A stretch of 64,000 nt of DNA, taken from NCBI GenBank assembly GCA_002269645.1, contig NIVC01000886.1:62001-126000 (forward strand). Reading direction: 5' to 3'. Positions 51,392 through 64,000 of the stretch are shown piece by piece (position 1 is the first letter of the stretch; each line of letters begins with the position of its first letter). A model generated the notes under the pieces. That model saw only the letters and a list, made by a program, of their open reading frames with translations. It was not told where the DNA came from and made no database searches. Source of the stretch: Macrostomum lignano (lineage: Eukaryota). The translations under genes were made by a program, and so were the position numbers.

Positions 51392-54300
51392 ATGCCGGTA
51401 TCCAGTGCGGATGAGGCTGCCAGCACAGGAAACATCCAAGCACTCAGACATCATCTCAGATATCAGATAGAAGAAAACCGATTTCTTTTTTGCAAAAGGT
51501 ATTTACCTGATGCTGCATCCAAAGGTCGCTTAGAGCTCGTCAAGCTACTCGTGCACGCCGTCGCCGACAAAACAAACAGAGAGCTCTGCTGCATCGAGGG
51601 TGCTAAATATGCTGCATTCAGGGGTCAGTGGGAAATCATCATGTTTCTCGTCCACGCCATCGCAGATCAAATAAAAACAGATTACCACTGTGTCGAGGCT
51701 GCAAAATCTGCGGCATTCAATCGTGTTTGGGATGTCGTCAAGTTTCTAGTGCTGACAGTGGTTGACAACACACAAAGATATCAGTGCTGCATCGAGGCTG
51801 CGAAATATGCTGCAAGCAAGGGTCACTTAGACGTCGTCAAGTTTATCGTGTCGAAAGTCGCTGACAGAACAAAAAGACATCGGTATTGCATCGAGGCTGC
51901 CAAATCTGCTGCAAGATATGGTCCCTTAGAAGTCGTCCAGTTTCTGTCAGGCTGCCAGTTTCTGAGAGGCTGCCAGTTTCTAGTGCCGCCAGTCACTGAC
52001 CAACCCAACCGAGATCAATGCTGCATCGAGGCTGCCAAATCTGCTGCCTACAATGGTCACTTAGAAGTCGTCAAGTTTCTCGTGCCGACAGTCGCTGACA
52101 AAACAAAAAGAGATCACTGCTGCATCGAGGCGGCCAAATCTGCTGCAAGTAATCGTGAGTGGGAAGTCGTCAAGTTTCTCGTAGAAACCGTTGCTGACAA
52201 AACAAAAAGAGATCAGTACTGCACCGAGGCTGCTAACTCTGCTGCAGGCTTTGGTCGGTTGGAAATCGTCAAGTTTCTAGTGCCGACAGTCACCGACCAA
52301 CCCAACAGAGATCAGTGCTGCATCGAGGCTGCCAAATTTGCTGCCTACAATGGTCACTTAGAAGTCGTCAAGTTTCTCGTGCCGACAGTCGCTGACCAAA
52401 CGAAAAGAGATCAGTGCTGCATCGAGGCCGCCAAATCTGCTGCAAGTAATCGTGAGTGGGAAGTCGTCAAGTTTCTCGTAACAACTGTCGCTGACAAAAC
52501 AAAAAGAGATGCTTTCTGCATCGATGCTGCCAAATCAGCGACAGAGAAAAATCAGGTAGAATTGGTGAAGTTCTATATCTCTTGTCTCTCAAGTCCGGAT
52601 CAGAGAGCGAATCTCCGTTTCCAATGCGCAGTCGCGGCTTGCTCTCGTCTTTTCGAAGATGTCGTTGCCTACCTCGGCCTCGAGCCCGACTGGCTCTTCC
52701 AATCCAGCTCAATCCTCAGATTCACTACAGCAATGGCCATCGAAAGCAGGAACTCTGTTCTCACCGACACCCTCTCTCGAATGCAGCCAGCTCACATCAC
52801 AGAGCTGCTCCGTCTCTCCATCTCTCAAAGACACGTCGCTCTTGCTGTCACACTGATCAATGATGAGCGATTCAGCACAGAGCATGTCGATCTGCCAGAC
52901 AGCACTGGAGCCACTGCTCTCATGCTGGCAGCTGATGCAGGTCATCACGAGCTCATTGAGAAACTCATCGATCTCGGTGCGTCAGTGGGTGCTGAAGACA
53001 GTCAGGGTCGGACTGCTCTGTCACGAGCGTGCGAAGCCGGTCACGTGCGGGTAGTCAAGGTTCTGATGGACAGAGGAGCGGATTCGAGTCATCGAGACGG
53101 TCGGGGTCTGACGTGTGCGCAGGTGGCACAGCGGTTTGAGCAGCGGCAGGTGCTGCGGCTGCTGGATCCCAGTGGAGTGGGGTGAGTGAGGCGAGAATTT
53201 TAATTCGTAATTCTATTTAGACAAGTTGGATAATTATTGAATAAATGCATGAAGTTCCGCACTCTGGCGAACCCTAATTTGAAAAGCAGCGAGCTACTAT
53301 CTTTCTGTTTTATAACTGACTGTTGAAATTCAAAGGGTTATATTTTCTTAAATAAATAATTTTAAGTGATACTTGAAACCTATTAATTGAAGACTTATCC
53401 AGCTAGTGCACTTTTTATGCCCGCATTGCAGAAGCCCAGAGGCCCGACAGGCAGCCGCTCACCGCTTGGATTCGGGCCTCCATCGGTGAGTCTGACCGGT
53501 TCAGCTTTCACTGCCGCATTGCGCCTTCCAACAGGCTGACAGCTTGAGACAAAAATCGCAGTGAAACTCAGGAGGTTTGAAATTCTACTTGAGATGCCAG
53601 TCTAAATCACAGAATATACTGTGGTCTAAATGCTGCAGATGCTGCACTCTCAGCTTTCTTGGATGTTCTGTCCATTCAACCATATGTCAATTTAAAGCAA
53701 GTCACCCACACGCATCTTGGATCATTCCAGGCTCTTAGGCGACTCCCAGCAAGACAGGCGCCTGAGCGAGGAGCTGCATCGACTGCTCAGCGATGCGGGA
53801 TTCACCGAGCAGAGAGCAAAGTGTCAGCAGAGACTGGCTGACTGGCTGCAACATGTCGCTCGAGTCCTCACACAGGATGGCAGGCAGATGACGGGCAGCT
53901 ACGCAGAGGGCTGGGCCAACAGTCTGGTGCAAGTGAACGGCAGGACAGCTGCAGACTCGGACATTGACTGGACTGTGCTGGTTGCTGGACAAGAGTTCCA
54001 TCTGGAAGGTGGCTGCAAAAGAAATTCGACAAGAAAGACAAGACATTCCTGCAGAGCCGCCACTCGGCTGCAGGTCACGGAGGGCCACGCACAGGTGGCA
54101 GTGGGAGCAGGTGAGTGAGGCTGGGTTCATCATCAGAATGCTGAGATCCGCATGCAACTTGAAGCCCATTAACTTTGCTCAATTTTAAATTCGCAACCGA
54201 GTGGCGACCAGCCTCCAGAAGCTTTTGTGACTGCGAATGTAGCCGAGTGGGTACAGCGGTGCTTGGGTAATTTTTAAGAGCCTGATGATGCCTGTCGCGA

Positions 54301-56026
54301 AAAGAAACATGCCGCATAGCAAGCAATGATAGCGCTCACATTTCTAATCTTTCAATCTTTTTATATTTATTTGATTGCTCAGTCACACACTCACAGTTCC
54401 CAACCAGCCAAGAGAAAGACTCCAGTTTCAAACCAAACCAAATTTTTCACTCACCATAAAGCGACTCTCCCCTCACTGCGCTCTACAGGCAGCCAACCAG
54501 CACTGAAAGCCACGGCGTGCGGTGTGCGGCCTGCACAGGACACGTGCCATGCGATCGAATGCTGCAGCAGTTTCTGTGAGGACAGAATTAGAAAACTGCT
54601 TAGAGACAGTCCTGATACAGTTCACCTCGTTCGGGCGACCAGACCGAGCTCGACCAACGAGCTCAGAGTGAGCTTCAGCTTCCAAGAGAAACACATCATG
54701 AGACGGCTGAGCACAGTCCAGGGCCAGCTGTTCACACTCATCAAGTTCATCTTCAAGAGACACTTGCCGCTCACTCTGGACACACCTGGACTCAAGACCT
54801 ACCATGCAAAGACTCTGCTCTTCACAATGCTGGAGAAGCTTGGCACAGATCCTTCAAGTGAGGCTTGGCAGCTCCACAATCTGATCGCTCTGCTCAAAGA
54901 GTCTCTCGACATGATGCTGAGCTTCATCGACTCGAGCAGCTCGCCCGATGAGTGCATGCCGCACTTCTTCATGCCCGACGCTCCGCTCTACTTCAAGAAC
55001 GCTGGAATCGGCGGCGACTTCGACAACACGAAGACGAGGGTTCGAGACCGACTTTGTGAGGTGAGAAGCGACATCGGCGGAGTGGTCGAGCAGCTGAGGA
55101 GACTCGTGAGACCTCTGCAGTCAGAGAAGTTCTACTTTCACGCGTTCACTCTGCTGCCTCTGACAGCGCCGCCTGCCGTCACGGAGATAAGGAAAGGGAG
55201 TAACTGTATAGAAAGGTACTACAAGTTCGCAGACGTGTACAGTGTGGTGCACCAGTGTGTGAGCGAGCTGCAGTCGGAATCGAGCGACAGAGACACCCTG
55301 ATGAGGCAGCTCAGTCTCCTGCATGAGCTGCAGTGGTGCAAGTGCGCCACCCTGTGCATGACCGCCATGGCGCATTTGAAGTTCGGAGAATATGAGGAGG
55401 CTGAGAGACTCGCGATGGAGCTGCAGAGACATCAGGTTGAGTCAGGGTTGAAGCCACAGTATATTCAAGAGCCATATATCACTCAACTGCCAGAGGACTC
55501 AGACTGGGCATGGAGGTTCTGCCTCCCCTGCGACTCTCCGCCTCGCTTCCCATTCCTTCCCGAGTTCACGCAGACTCTGTTCACAGCCAGACTGTCGCAG
55601 CCTCTCTCCTCCCACCTGTACGTAAACTTCCGCTGCCTGAGCTGGAGTCTCCAAGCTGAGCTGCTCTGCAATCGTGGACCTGCAATTAAACTGGAGGATT
55701 GGAAGCGAGAGCTGGAAGAAGACCCGGACTTGGAGGAGCTGCTCACTCTGGCTCACTACAGCGACTGCCGCGAGCACGTGGAGCTCAGCCTGCAGCAGAT
55801 GGAGATGATCGAGAAAGAGAGACGCGTCGCCATGGAGACGCAGGACGAGGAGAAGATCGGCTGGGTCAGGCAGAAGCTAGAGAGACTTGATGCAGCAACC
55901 GGAGTCCTCAAAGTTGAGTCGCAAAGTCGAGGTCGGAAAAGAATGACTTTTCTTGTATTTTGGTTTTTGCTTTTGTTTGCATATTTTTTGAAAACGAGCT
56001 CATCCATAGCTGCCGGAACTTCATGA
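51392..56026 (+). CDS. Ankyrin-repeat / Mab-21 (cGAS-like receptor, cGLR) nucleotidyltransferase fusion, ~1253 aa
   Basis: Exons 51392-53181, 53432-53485, 53731-54110 and 54489-56026 join in frame (phases 2, 2, 1; total 3762 nt). About 11 atypical plus 3 canonical ANK repeats. NTase motifs TGSYAEG..DSDIDW..QDTCHAI. Mab-21 C-lobe motifs VHLV, LRVSFSFQEK, LKTYHAKTLLF, W..HNL, MPHFFMP. Confidence 0.85.
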
Positions 56027-56444
56027 ATTTTATGTTGTGGTTTGTTCGATTAAACTTTTTATTCTGATCCCTGCGACTTTATGAGGGCATGAAACACCTG
56101 GAATCGCCTCTGCATTTTGACTGCGCATGCATGGTTAGAAACTGCCAATCTCTGTCTATTTAGCAACTGAAATGCTTGCTGCTTTGTTTTGTCTGCTTTT
56201 AGGAAATGGGCACATCGAGAGCCATCGAGTGCGAGCAGCCAAGCTGAAATTAACTGCAGTTTTTTACATATGCGTTGCAATTCAATTCTTACTGCATGCT
56301 GAATTGCTTTTTGGGTTCAAACTGCGTGTCTGCTAAGCAAAAGTATTTTGCGTGTATTTTTAAGTCCTTAAATATTGCCTGCTTATGCTCCTGGATTATT
56401 TCAGCACCTGCTCTCTCTCTCTCTGAAAATTGTTTTCTATATGT

Positions 56445-56695
56445 ATTTTTATCATGTACTGTCATCATGTACTTTCATCATGTACTTTCATCATGTAGCT
56501 TCGTTATGTTACTTTCATCATGTACTTTCATCATGTACTTTCAGCATGTACTTTCATCATGTACTTTCAGCATGTACTTTCATCATGTACTTTCAGCATG
56601 TACTTTCATCATGTAATTTCATCAAGTACTTTCATCATGTACTTTCAGCATGTACTTTCATCATGTACTTTCATCATGTACTTTCAGCATGTACT
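56445..56695. repeat. 13-nt minisatellite (CATGTACTTTCAT)
   Basis: Read directly. Confidence 0.9.
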
Positions 56696-57399
56696 CTGCA
56701 GCGACTGGCAGCCTAACAGCTCCCTCATGAACATCCAGTGACTCCGCAGTCTTTGATGCATTGCTGTCATGTGCCAGTAATCATATTTAAAAAAGAATCG
56801 CAAATGATAAAATGCGTTACTCCCTACTGTCAGTAGTTGCACTCGTAGGCTTCTTCATTAAAAATATTTAGCATGTTTGCTTGTTTGTGACGATCTGCAA
56901 GTATATTTTTAACTCACTATTTTTGTTTTCAATGCTGCCTTTTACGTGCCGCAAGCTAAAAACTTTTCTGATATTATAAGTTGCTTTTCTAGAAAACAAC
57001 ATTTCATTGTTCTGGCCTTCATAAAATTCCTGAATATCAAATGAGATCCCCCGATCACCTGCAAGATCCCTAAACCTAAACCTAAAACCAGCTCGCAATC
57101 GGACTTCACCCTTCTTATCCGAAGCTCTGCAGACTGCAAGGAGATTCTTCGAGTTCTTACTTGGCTCAGCTGCGGGGGGGCTCCGTGCATCCGGATGCAG
57201 TGAAGAGGCAGTGAGGAGTGAGGGTTTTAAATGTACATCCCTCATATGTACAGCTGCTCATCAATTTTATCACACTGACAAAAATAATACATAAAAGGCT
57301 GACTTGCTTTGCATTGCACCCTAATTGTTGGCCTGACGAAGAGCCCAGAAGCTCGAAGTAGGTATCATGTATTTTAAATTATTAACTCAACACGCCGTG

Positions 57400-57421
57400 A
57401 CCTCTTTTCTCTCTCTCTCTT

Positions 57422-57452
<31 letters not shown>

Positions 57453-57690
57453 ATTTGCCTCTTCCCTCTCCCCCCTCATTCTCTCTACTTTACTCTCACC
57501 TTTTTCCATTCTCTCTCCTTCTCTCCTCTCCTCTCTCTATTCTCTACCCTCTCCCCTCTTCCCTTTCCTCTCTCCGTTCTCTCCCCTCCTCTCTCTCCTC
57601 CCTCCCCCTTCCCACTCCTCTCTTCATTGTCTCCGCTCTTCTATTCCCTCTCCTCTCTTTTTTCATCTCTCATCTTCTATGTCTCCCCTT
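57400..57690. repeat. CT-rich polypyrimidine tract
   Basis: Read directly. Confidence 0.85.
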
Positions 57691-57899
57691 TCACTCATAT
57701 GGCCCGCAGCCGCAGTAACAAACTTTTCCAACCCGGCCTGTAGCAATGGATTTTGGGTCTCCAAATCCTTATATCTAGCAAGCCGCTTTATGGTTTGCTA
57801 CTCTAAGCTGTGACAGGGGCACAATTGAATTCTGGATTGAAAATTCCTTTGACATACTATACTGATGAGTAGCAGCAACTCAAAAATAGCTTGACTTAC

Positions 57900-58620
<721 letters not shown>

Positions 58621-59084
58621 TGCTGAGACCATTTTAAGGAAGCAGTTTTTTCCAAAATTCCAGGAAATCTCCCTGACAGAAGCAGAGCAGTTGAATCCCT
58701 TGCATCTCTCGGAATACTGTGGCTGATTGGCCTTCTAGGAAATAAAGACAATCAATCCAGGAACAAAATAAAAGTGTTGCTAATGACACCTGTGAGTATT
58801 GACAACTTGGGCTTATAAAATGAAAAGCAATACGCTCGTATGAAAAATGAAACTTTCAGGGCACAAAAATATAAATTACAGAAAGTTTCTTACGAAAGTT
58901 TCTTCCGTTTGCCCAATTGCTAAGAGAGTTAAGCTTGTCAAGCTGATCCGGTTGCTGTGAGAAAATCAAACAAAGTTGAATGCAAAATAAAAGCTGGCCC
59001 AGTAAGTTATTGACATCAAAACTTTACATGCTTGAAGTGATGCAATGGCTGAGAAGAATGACCTTCTTTTGGGAGCGCCAACTG

Positions 59085-61330
59085 AGGGCGACTACTATCA
59101 GGGCGCCAACTGAGGGCGCCTACTGTCAGGGCGCCAACTGAGGGCGCCAACTATCAGGGCGCCAACTGAGGGCGCCAACTATCAGGGCGCCAACTGAGGG
59201 CGCCTACTATCAGGGCGCCAACTGAGGGCGCCAACTATCAGGGCGCCAACTGAGGGCACCTATTATCAGGGCGCCAACTGAGGGTGCCAACTGAGGGCGC
59301 CTACTATCAGGGCGCCAACTATCAGGGCGCCAACTGAGGGCGCCTACTATCAGGGCGCCAACTGAGGGCGCCAACTGAGGGCGCCAACTGAGGGCGCCTA
59401 CTATCAGGGCGCCAACTATCAGGGCGCCAACTGAGGGCGCCTACTATCAGGGCGCCAACTGAGGGCACCTATTATCAGGGCGCCAACTGAGGGTGCCAAC
59501 TGAGGGCGCCTACTATCAGGGCGCCAACTATCAGGGCGCCAACTGAGGGCGCCTACTATCAGGGCGCCAACTGAGGGCGCCAACTGAGGGCGCCAACTGA
59601 GGGCGCCTACTATCAGGGCGCCAACTATCAGGGCGCCAACTGAGGGCGCCTACTATCAGGGCGCCAACTGAGGGCGCCAACTGAGGGCGCCAACTATCAG
59701 GGCGCCAACTATCAGGGCGCCAACTGAGGGCGCCTACTATCAGGGCGCCAACTGAGGGCGCCTACTATCAGGGCGCCAACTGAGGGCGCCAACTATCAGG
59801 GCGCCAACTATCAGGGCGCCAACTATCAGGGCGCCAACTGAGGGCGCCTACTTGTAGAGAACTGTAAATTATATCAGAACGCACTACTTAAAGTAATATT
59901 CTAATAAAATTAATTTTAACTCGCAATCTATTTTTAGAATGAGTCACATGCAAACAGAAGTGACTCAGAGCTCTACGTAGGACCGACGTTTATTTGATCA
60001 GGAAACCGGTTCTCGGGAATTTTATTTGCTTACTTCCATGCATGGTAATGATCAAACATTCTTGACCTCCTAATCAAACATACGTGACCTAAGTAAATAA
60101 CCGATTTTGAACCAGTTTTTCACCCAAATTTTACTATAAATATAAGCTAAAACCTGAGTCAAAAATTCAGACTCGGAGCGGTCTCAAGGAAGACTTTGAA
60201 ATACGTTAACCAAAGAAGACTCATCTCTGAGAGAAGAAATCCGGATAAATTGGTAAGCGTTTACCCGATTTAATTAATTGTTAATAGCGCTAATAAATTG
60301 ATTAATTGAGTTTACGAGAGCCACTTATCGTTGACACATTTGAGAAAGGCCTCCTTGTTTCCTAGGATACATTCCTAGAGGATTTATTGAGTTGAGTTGA
60401 GTTATCCGTTACGTTTCGGACGTAAAGAAGAAGACGCCCTTCAGGAGGACCGATTACAGAAAGTTAGAGAATTCAATTGTTCATTAGGGCGCACGTTCTA
60501 TTGTTGATTCCGAGCTCGAGGACCGTCAAGAATTCTGATTCGCTCTCATTTTGGTCGACCCACAGATAAAGTTAAGGACTCCAGGAGACAACAGCTGTTC
60601 ACCAGAACCGGCCGCCGTAACCGCTCAGCAAGCTTGCTATCCCGACACGCCACAAGACTCCACCGACTACCGACCCCAAGAGGATACGCTGCAGTAAGTT
60701 ATTCGACTTGTATATACCTAGGCACTTGTTCCCCAGTGTCTAGAAGTGGGAGTTTATTGAGCGACTGATCACCACTCAATACATTAACTCTTCATACTAT
60801 CAGGGCGCCAACTGAGGGCGCCAACTATCAGGGCGCCAACTATCAGGGCGCCAACTATCAGGGCGCCAACTATCAGGGCGCCAACTATCAGGGCGCCAAC
60901 TATCAGGGCGCCAACTATCAGGGCGCCAACTGAGGGCGCCAACTATCAGGGCGCCAACTATCAGGGCGCCAACTGAGGGCGCCAACTATCAGGGCGCCAA
61001 CTATCAGGGCGCCAACTGAGGGCGCCTACTATCAGGGCGCCAACTATCAGGGCGCCAACTATCAGGGCGCCAACTATCAGGGCGCCAACTGAGGGCGCCT
61101 ACTATCAGGGCGCCAACTGAGGGCGCCTACTATCAGGGCGCCAACTGAGGGCGCCTACTATCAGGGCGCCAACTGAGGGCGCCTACTATCAGGGCGCCAA
61201 CTATCAGGGCACCAACTGAGGGCGCCTACTATCAGGGCGCCAACTGAGGGCGCCTACTATCAGGGCGCCAACTGAGGGCGCCAACTATCAGGGCGCCAAC
61301 TGAGGGCGCCAACTGAGGGCGCCAACTGTA
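59085..61330. repeat. 13/15-nt GGCGCC-core satellite (GAGGGCGCCAACT / CAGGGCGCCAACTAT), split by an insertion at 59853-60794
   Basis: The same array is present on both sides of the insertion. Confidence 0.95.
59853..60794. mobile_element. Probable solo LTR (942 bp)
   Basis: Starts TGTAGAG and ends CTCTTCA (TG..CA, imperfect terminal inversion). 4-bp TSD TACT on both sides. TATA-like TATAAATATAA near 60135. No coding capacity. Confidence 0.75.
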
Positions 61331-63834
61331 TAGACCCTCTTTGATCTCCAGCCTTTACAAGTTTTCCCTTTGTGTCATCTAGCGGTTTTGACGCTGTCCA
61401 ATGTTCCAGCCGTACTTCAAATGACTTGAAATAATCTCAAGTACAATGCTTCCGTGCTTTGAGCACAAATGACTAAACAAACTTTGAATATTTGAACGAC
61501 TACTCAGCAGAGTTCCAGCTAAAAGCGAGATCGCCCACTCGGGAGCCGAGGCTGTACCTATTTATCCTCTCGTCCTCTGCCGCTGGAGGGGGGAGGCTTC
61601 CCTCTTGGATAACAACGGCAGGGTTCAGAAAACAAACACGCAAGGGTTTCACATTCAATTATCAGGTTGCTATGGGACGAGATGGATTATTCAGTATCAG
61701 GTTTTTCGGCTGGGTTGAGTCAAAGCGATCAGGAGGGTCAGTCTGGAGTCCATTTTTCACGCGCATAAGACCGCCCGCAGCCCTTCGGTTGCCCCTCTGC
61801 CTGTGGGACCGCAGCTTCTCCCTCTCCGGTCGGCCTGTCGACCATCGCCTGCCAGTCGGGATGTCTCTCGCCGTTTTCGCTTTGTCTGACACCCTGCCAA
61901 TTATGGATGGTGGCTGCCACACTCTCATCACACTTGTCCCCGCTAGGAACTTCTAATTGTCCCGTTTATACGTCTGACCTTTCATTTTTACTTTTTGAAC
62001 TTCTAACCGATACATTTCCTTTTGTGTTCTTTTGTTTTGGCTTCTTTTTATATGGCCTATACTTAAGGAATTCTAAACCCTACACCAACTCACAGCGCCA
62101 ACTAATAGCACCAGTTTAGCGCGCAAATTGAGGGCTCCAATTATAGGCGACGCACTGATGGCGCCATGACAGGCCGCAGTGAAGGGGCAGCAGGAAAAGG
62201 GCGCCATGGCTGCAGAGGCTGCTTGGCTGCTGAGGCCGGAGTTCTGAGTGCCGGAGCCGGTGCTGCCGAAGTGCCGGTGCTGCATTTGGGCGCCGGTCCT
62301 TAGCGGCTGTTCTAGCGGGGTCACTAGAAAAGAAGCTCAAAGTTGCAGTGGGGCCGCAGAAGCCCCTCAACTCAGTGTACTGGATTCGCGCCTGTTGCAA
62401 AATGCCCTAGTGTCGCACTGCTCAAACTCAAACTGCAGCAGGAGCAGAAAAATGATGGAAACAAGCAAAAAAGTGTGTGAAAAAAGTGTTCTGCATCACA
62501 AATCTTCATGGGTGACTTTTTATGGTTGGTAACATAAACACTGAAGTCGTTCTCCGATTACAATGAAAATCGTGTCAGATGTGAAGAATTCGGTCAGCTT
62601 TAAAGCGAGACCAAAATTGCAAAATTCAGTGTTGCTATTCCCGAATTATCAACAATTTTGAGCAGAAAGTCAGCCCATCTTTACAAGCTGTTCTTTGGAA
62701 ACAAACTGACCTGCCTTGGGAGCTGGGCCGCCTGGGCCTTCCACGCCTACTGTGCTCCCTGGCCAGCCCATCCATTGCGTCATGTTGTACGCTCGTTATT
62801 CAACGCTTCAGAATCATTATTTAATAAGACTACTAAAAATACATTCATGAGACAATGTGCTTGTGCATGTGGTTTAGGAGGTAGACAATTATTGATTTTT
62901 CACGAGTGGCGAAGCCACCATTGCTCTGGGGTGGGGCCACAGACCCTTTGAATATTCTAATCTAAATGGTCTGTAGGTGGGGCAGAGGTTCCGCTTTTCA
63001 GTGTGCGTGCGTTTTGGCCTCACTTCTGCCAATGTGCATTTAGTTTTACTCATTTTTCTGAGGGGTAAGGATTCCTATACTTGCGCTGTCAGCCCTCCCG
63101 ATGTACGGCAATGACTTTCTCTGACGGCCGCGTGCGCTCGGTTTTCTCTCCCAGCCTTTCATTCCAACCTGCGTTCGATACTTCTGTCGCTAACCGCTGC
63201 TTTGCTTGCTTTTACTGCCCCTCTCCCTCCCACCGCTGCTCTGAGTGGTCTCCAAGCCCAATTTGCTCTCTTCTGTCTTTTCTTGCTATCTTAAGTATCG
63301 TGTTTTCTTGCTGCAGAGCCTCCTGTCTGCTTTGAAAAGTTCTGTTTTCCCTGCGAGTCTCTGCCTGCCGCTCCGTCAGCAGACTGGCGATCATTCAGAA
63401 CTGGCCATCGGTGAGTCCTGCTCTGCCCTGCTCTGGCTGGCGTTGTAGTGAGCTGTCTGTTAGACTTGCAATTGCTCACCGTCTTGTTATAATACTGTAT
63501 GCAGCTAGCATTTCGCTTGCTTGTTACTATTATTGCAAATGAATTTGAGAATAATTTAAAATATTTGTGCATTAATTCTTGCACTCAGCTTTTGTCTCCA
63601 AACCATGCAGAATTGAAATATTTTAAACTCCCTGAGTCTTTTCCAGCTCCCTACGCTATTTCTCCCTTCTCTCTATCCTTCCCTTCTTTTCTCTCCCTTT
63701 TTCTCCTCTCTTTCGCTTCCAACTTCCCTCTTTCTCCCTCACTCCTTTAAGAAGAAACACATGCAAATTGAAATGTCAGCACACACATGATAGAATTATT
63801 TTTACTTTTCAGTCAAAAACAACACACCAAGAAT

Positions 63835-64000
63835 ATGAGCCAACAAGATCAACTCAGTGCTTATGACGCTGCTAGCACAGGAAATATTCAGGAAAGAGAA
63901 GACAACGCCTATTTTTTACCCAAAACTGTCTTAAACATTGCTTCAAGAGATGGTCAGTTAGAAGTCGTCAAGCTTATTGTGACTAATGTCGCTGACCAAA
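63835..64000 (+). CDS. Start of a paralog of the ankyrin-cGLR N-terminus (runs off the window)
   Basis: MSQQDQLSAYDAASTGNIQ..ASRDGQLEVVKLIVTNVADQ versus EAASTGNIQ..ASKGRLELVKLLVHAVADK in the 51392 gene. An acceptor TTTTCAG lies just upstream. Confidence 0.75.
   Translation, partial: MSQQDQLSAYDAASTGNIQEREDNAYFLPKTVLNIASRDGQLEVVKLIVTNVADQ

Noticed and set aside
54282-54305. CTGATGA..GAAAA as a hammerhead
   Set aside because: Helix II has at most 2 bp, and no helix I or III can be formed.
61492-62532. GC-rich ORFs between the satellite and the last gene
   Set aside because: No recognisable domain or consistent splice structure; cannot be supported as coding.

Overview
Eukaryotic (animal) genomic DNA with GT-AG spliced genes, GC-rich exons and a different minisatellite in many introns. 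This texture suggests a free-living flatworm such as Macrostomum, which is inference only. Host genes reconstructed by hand-splicing: the 3' part of DIP2 (+), a DH-PH RhoGEF (+), CCDC169 (-), RSU1 (+), ROMO1 (+), and a 4-exon, ~1253-aa gene that fuses ankyrin repeats to a Mab-21/cGAS-like nucleotidyltransferase (cGLR). A paralog of its ankyrin N-terminus begins at the right edge of the window. Mobile DNA: a 5'-truncated Penelope-like element with inverted pseudo-LTRs carrying hammerhead-ribozyme motifs; a decayed Ty3/Gypsy provirus nested in a small TIR element; a deleted Mutator (MULE) element; a non-LTR 3' fragment whose zinc-knuckle codons appear to have expanded into a 9-nt repeat; and a probable solo LTR inside a satellite. 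The most interesting signal is the ankyrin-cGLR locus. All calls come from motif recognition and manual reading; no database searches were run.
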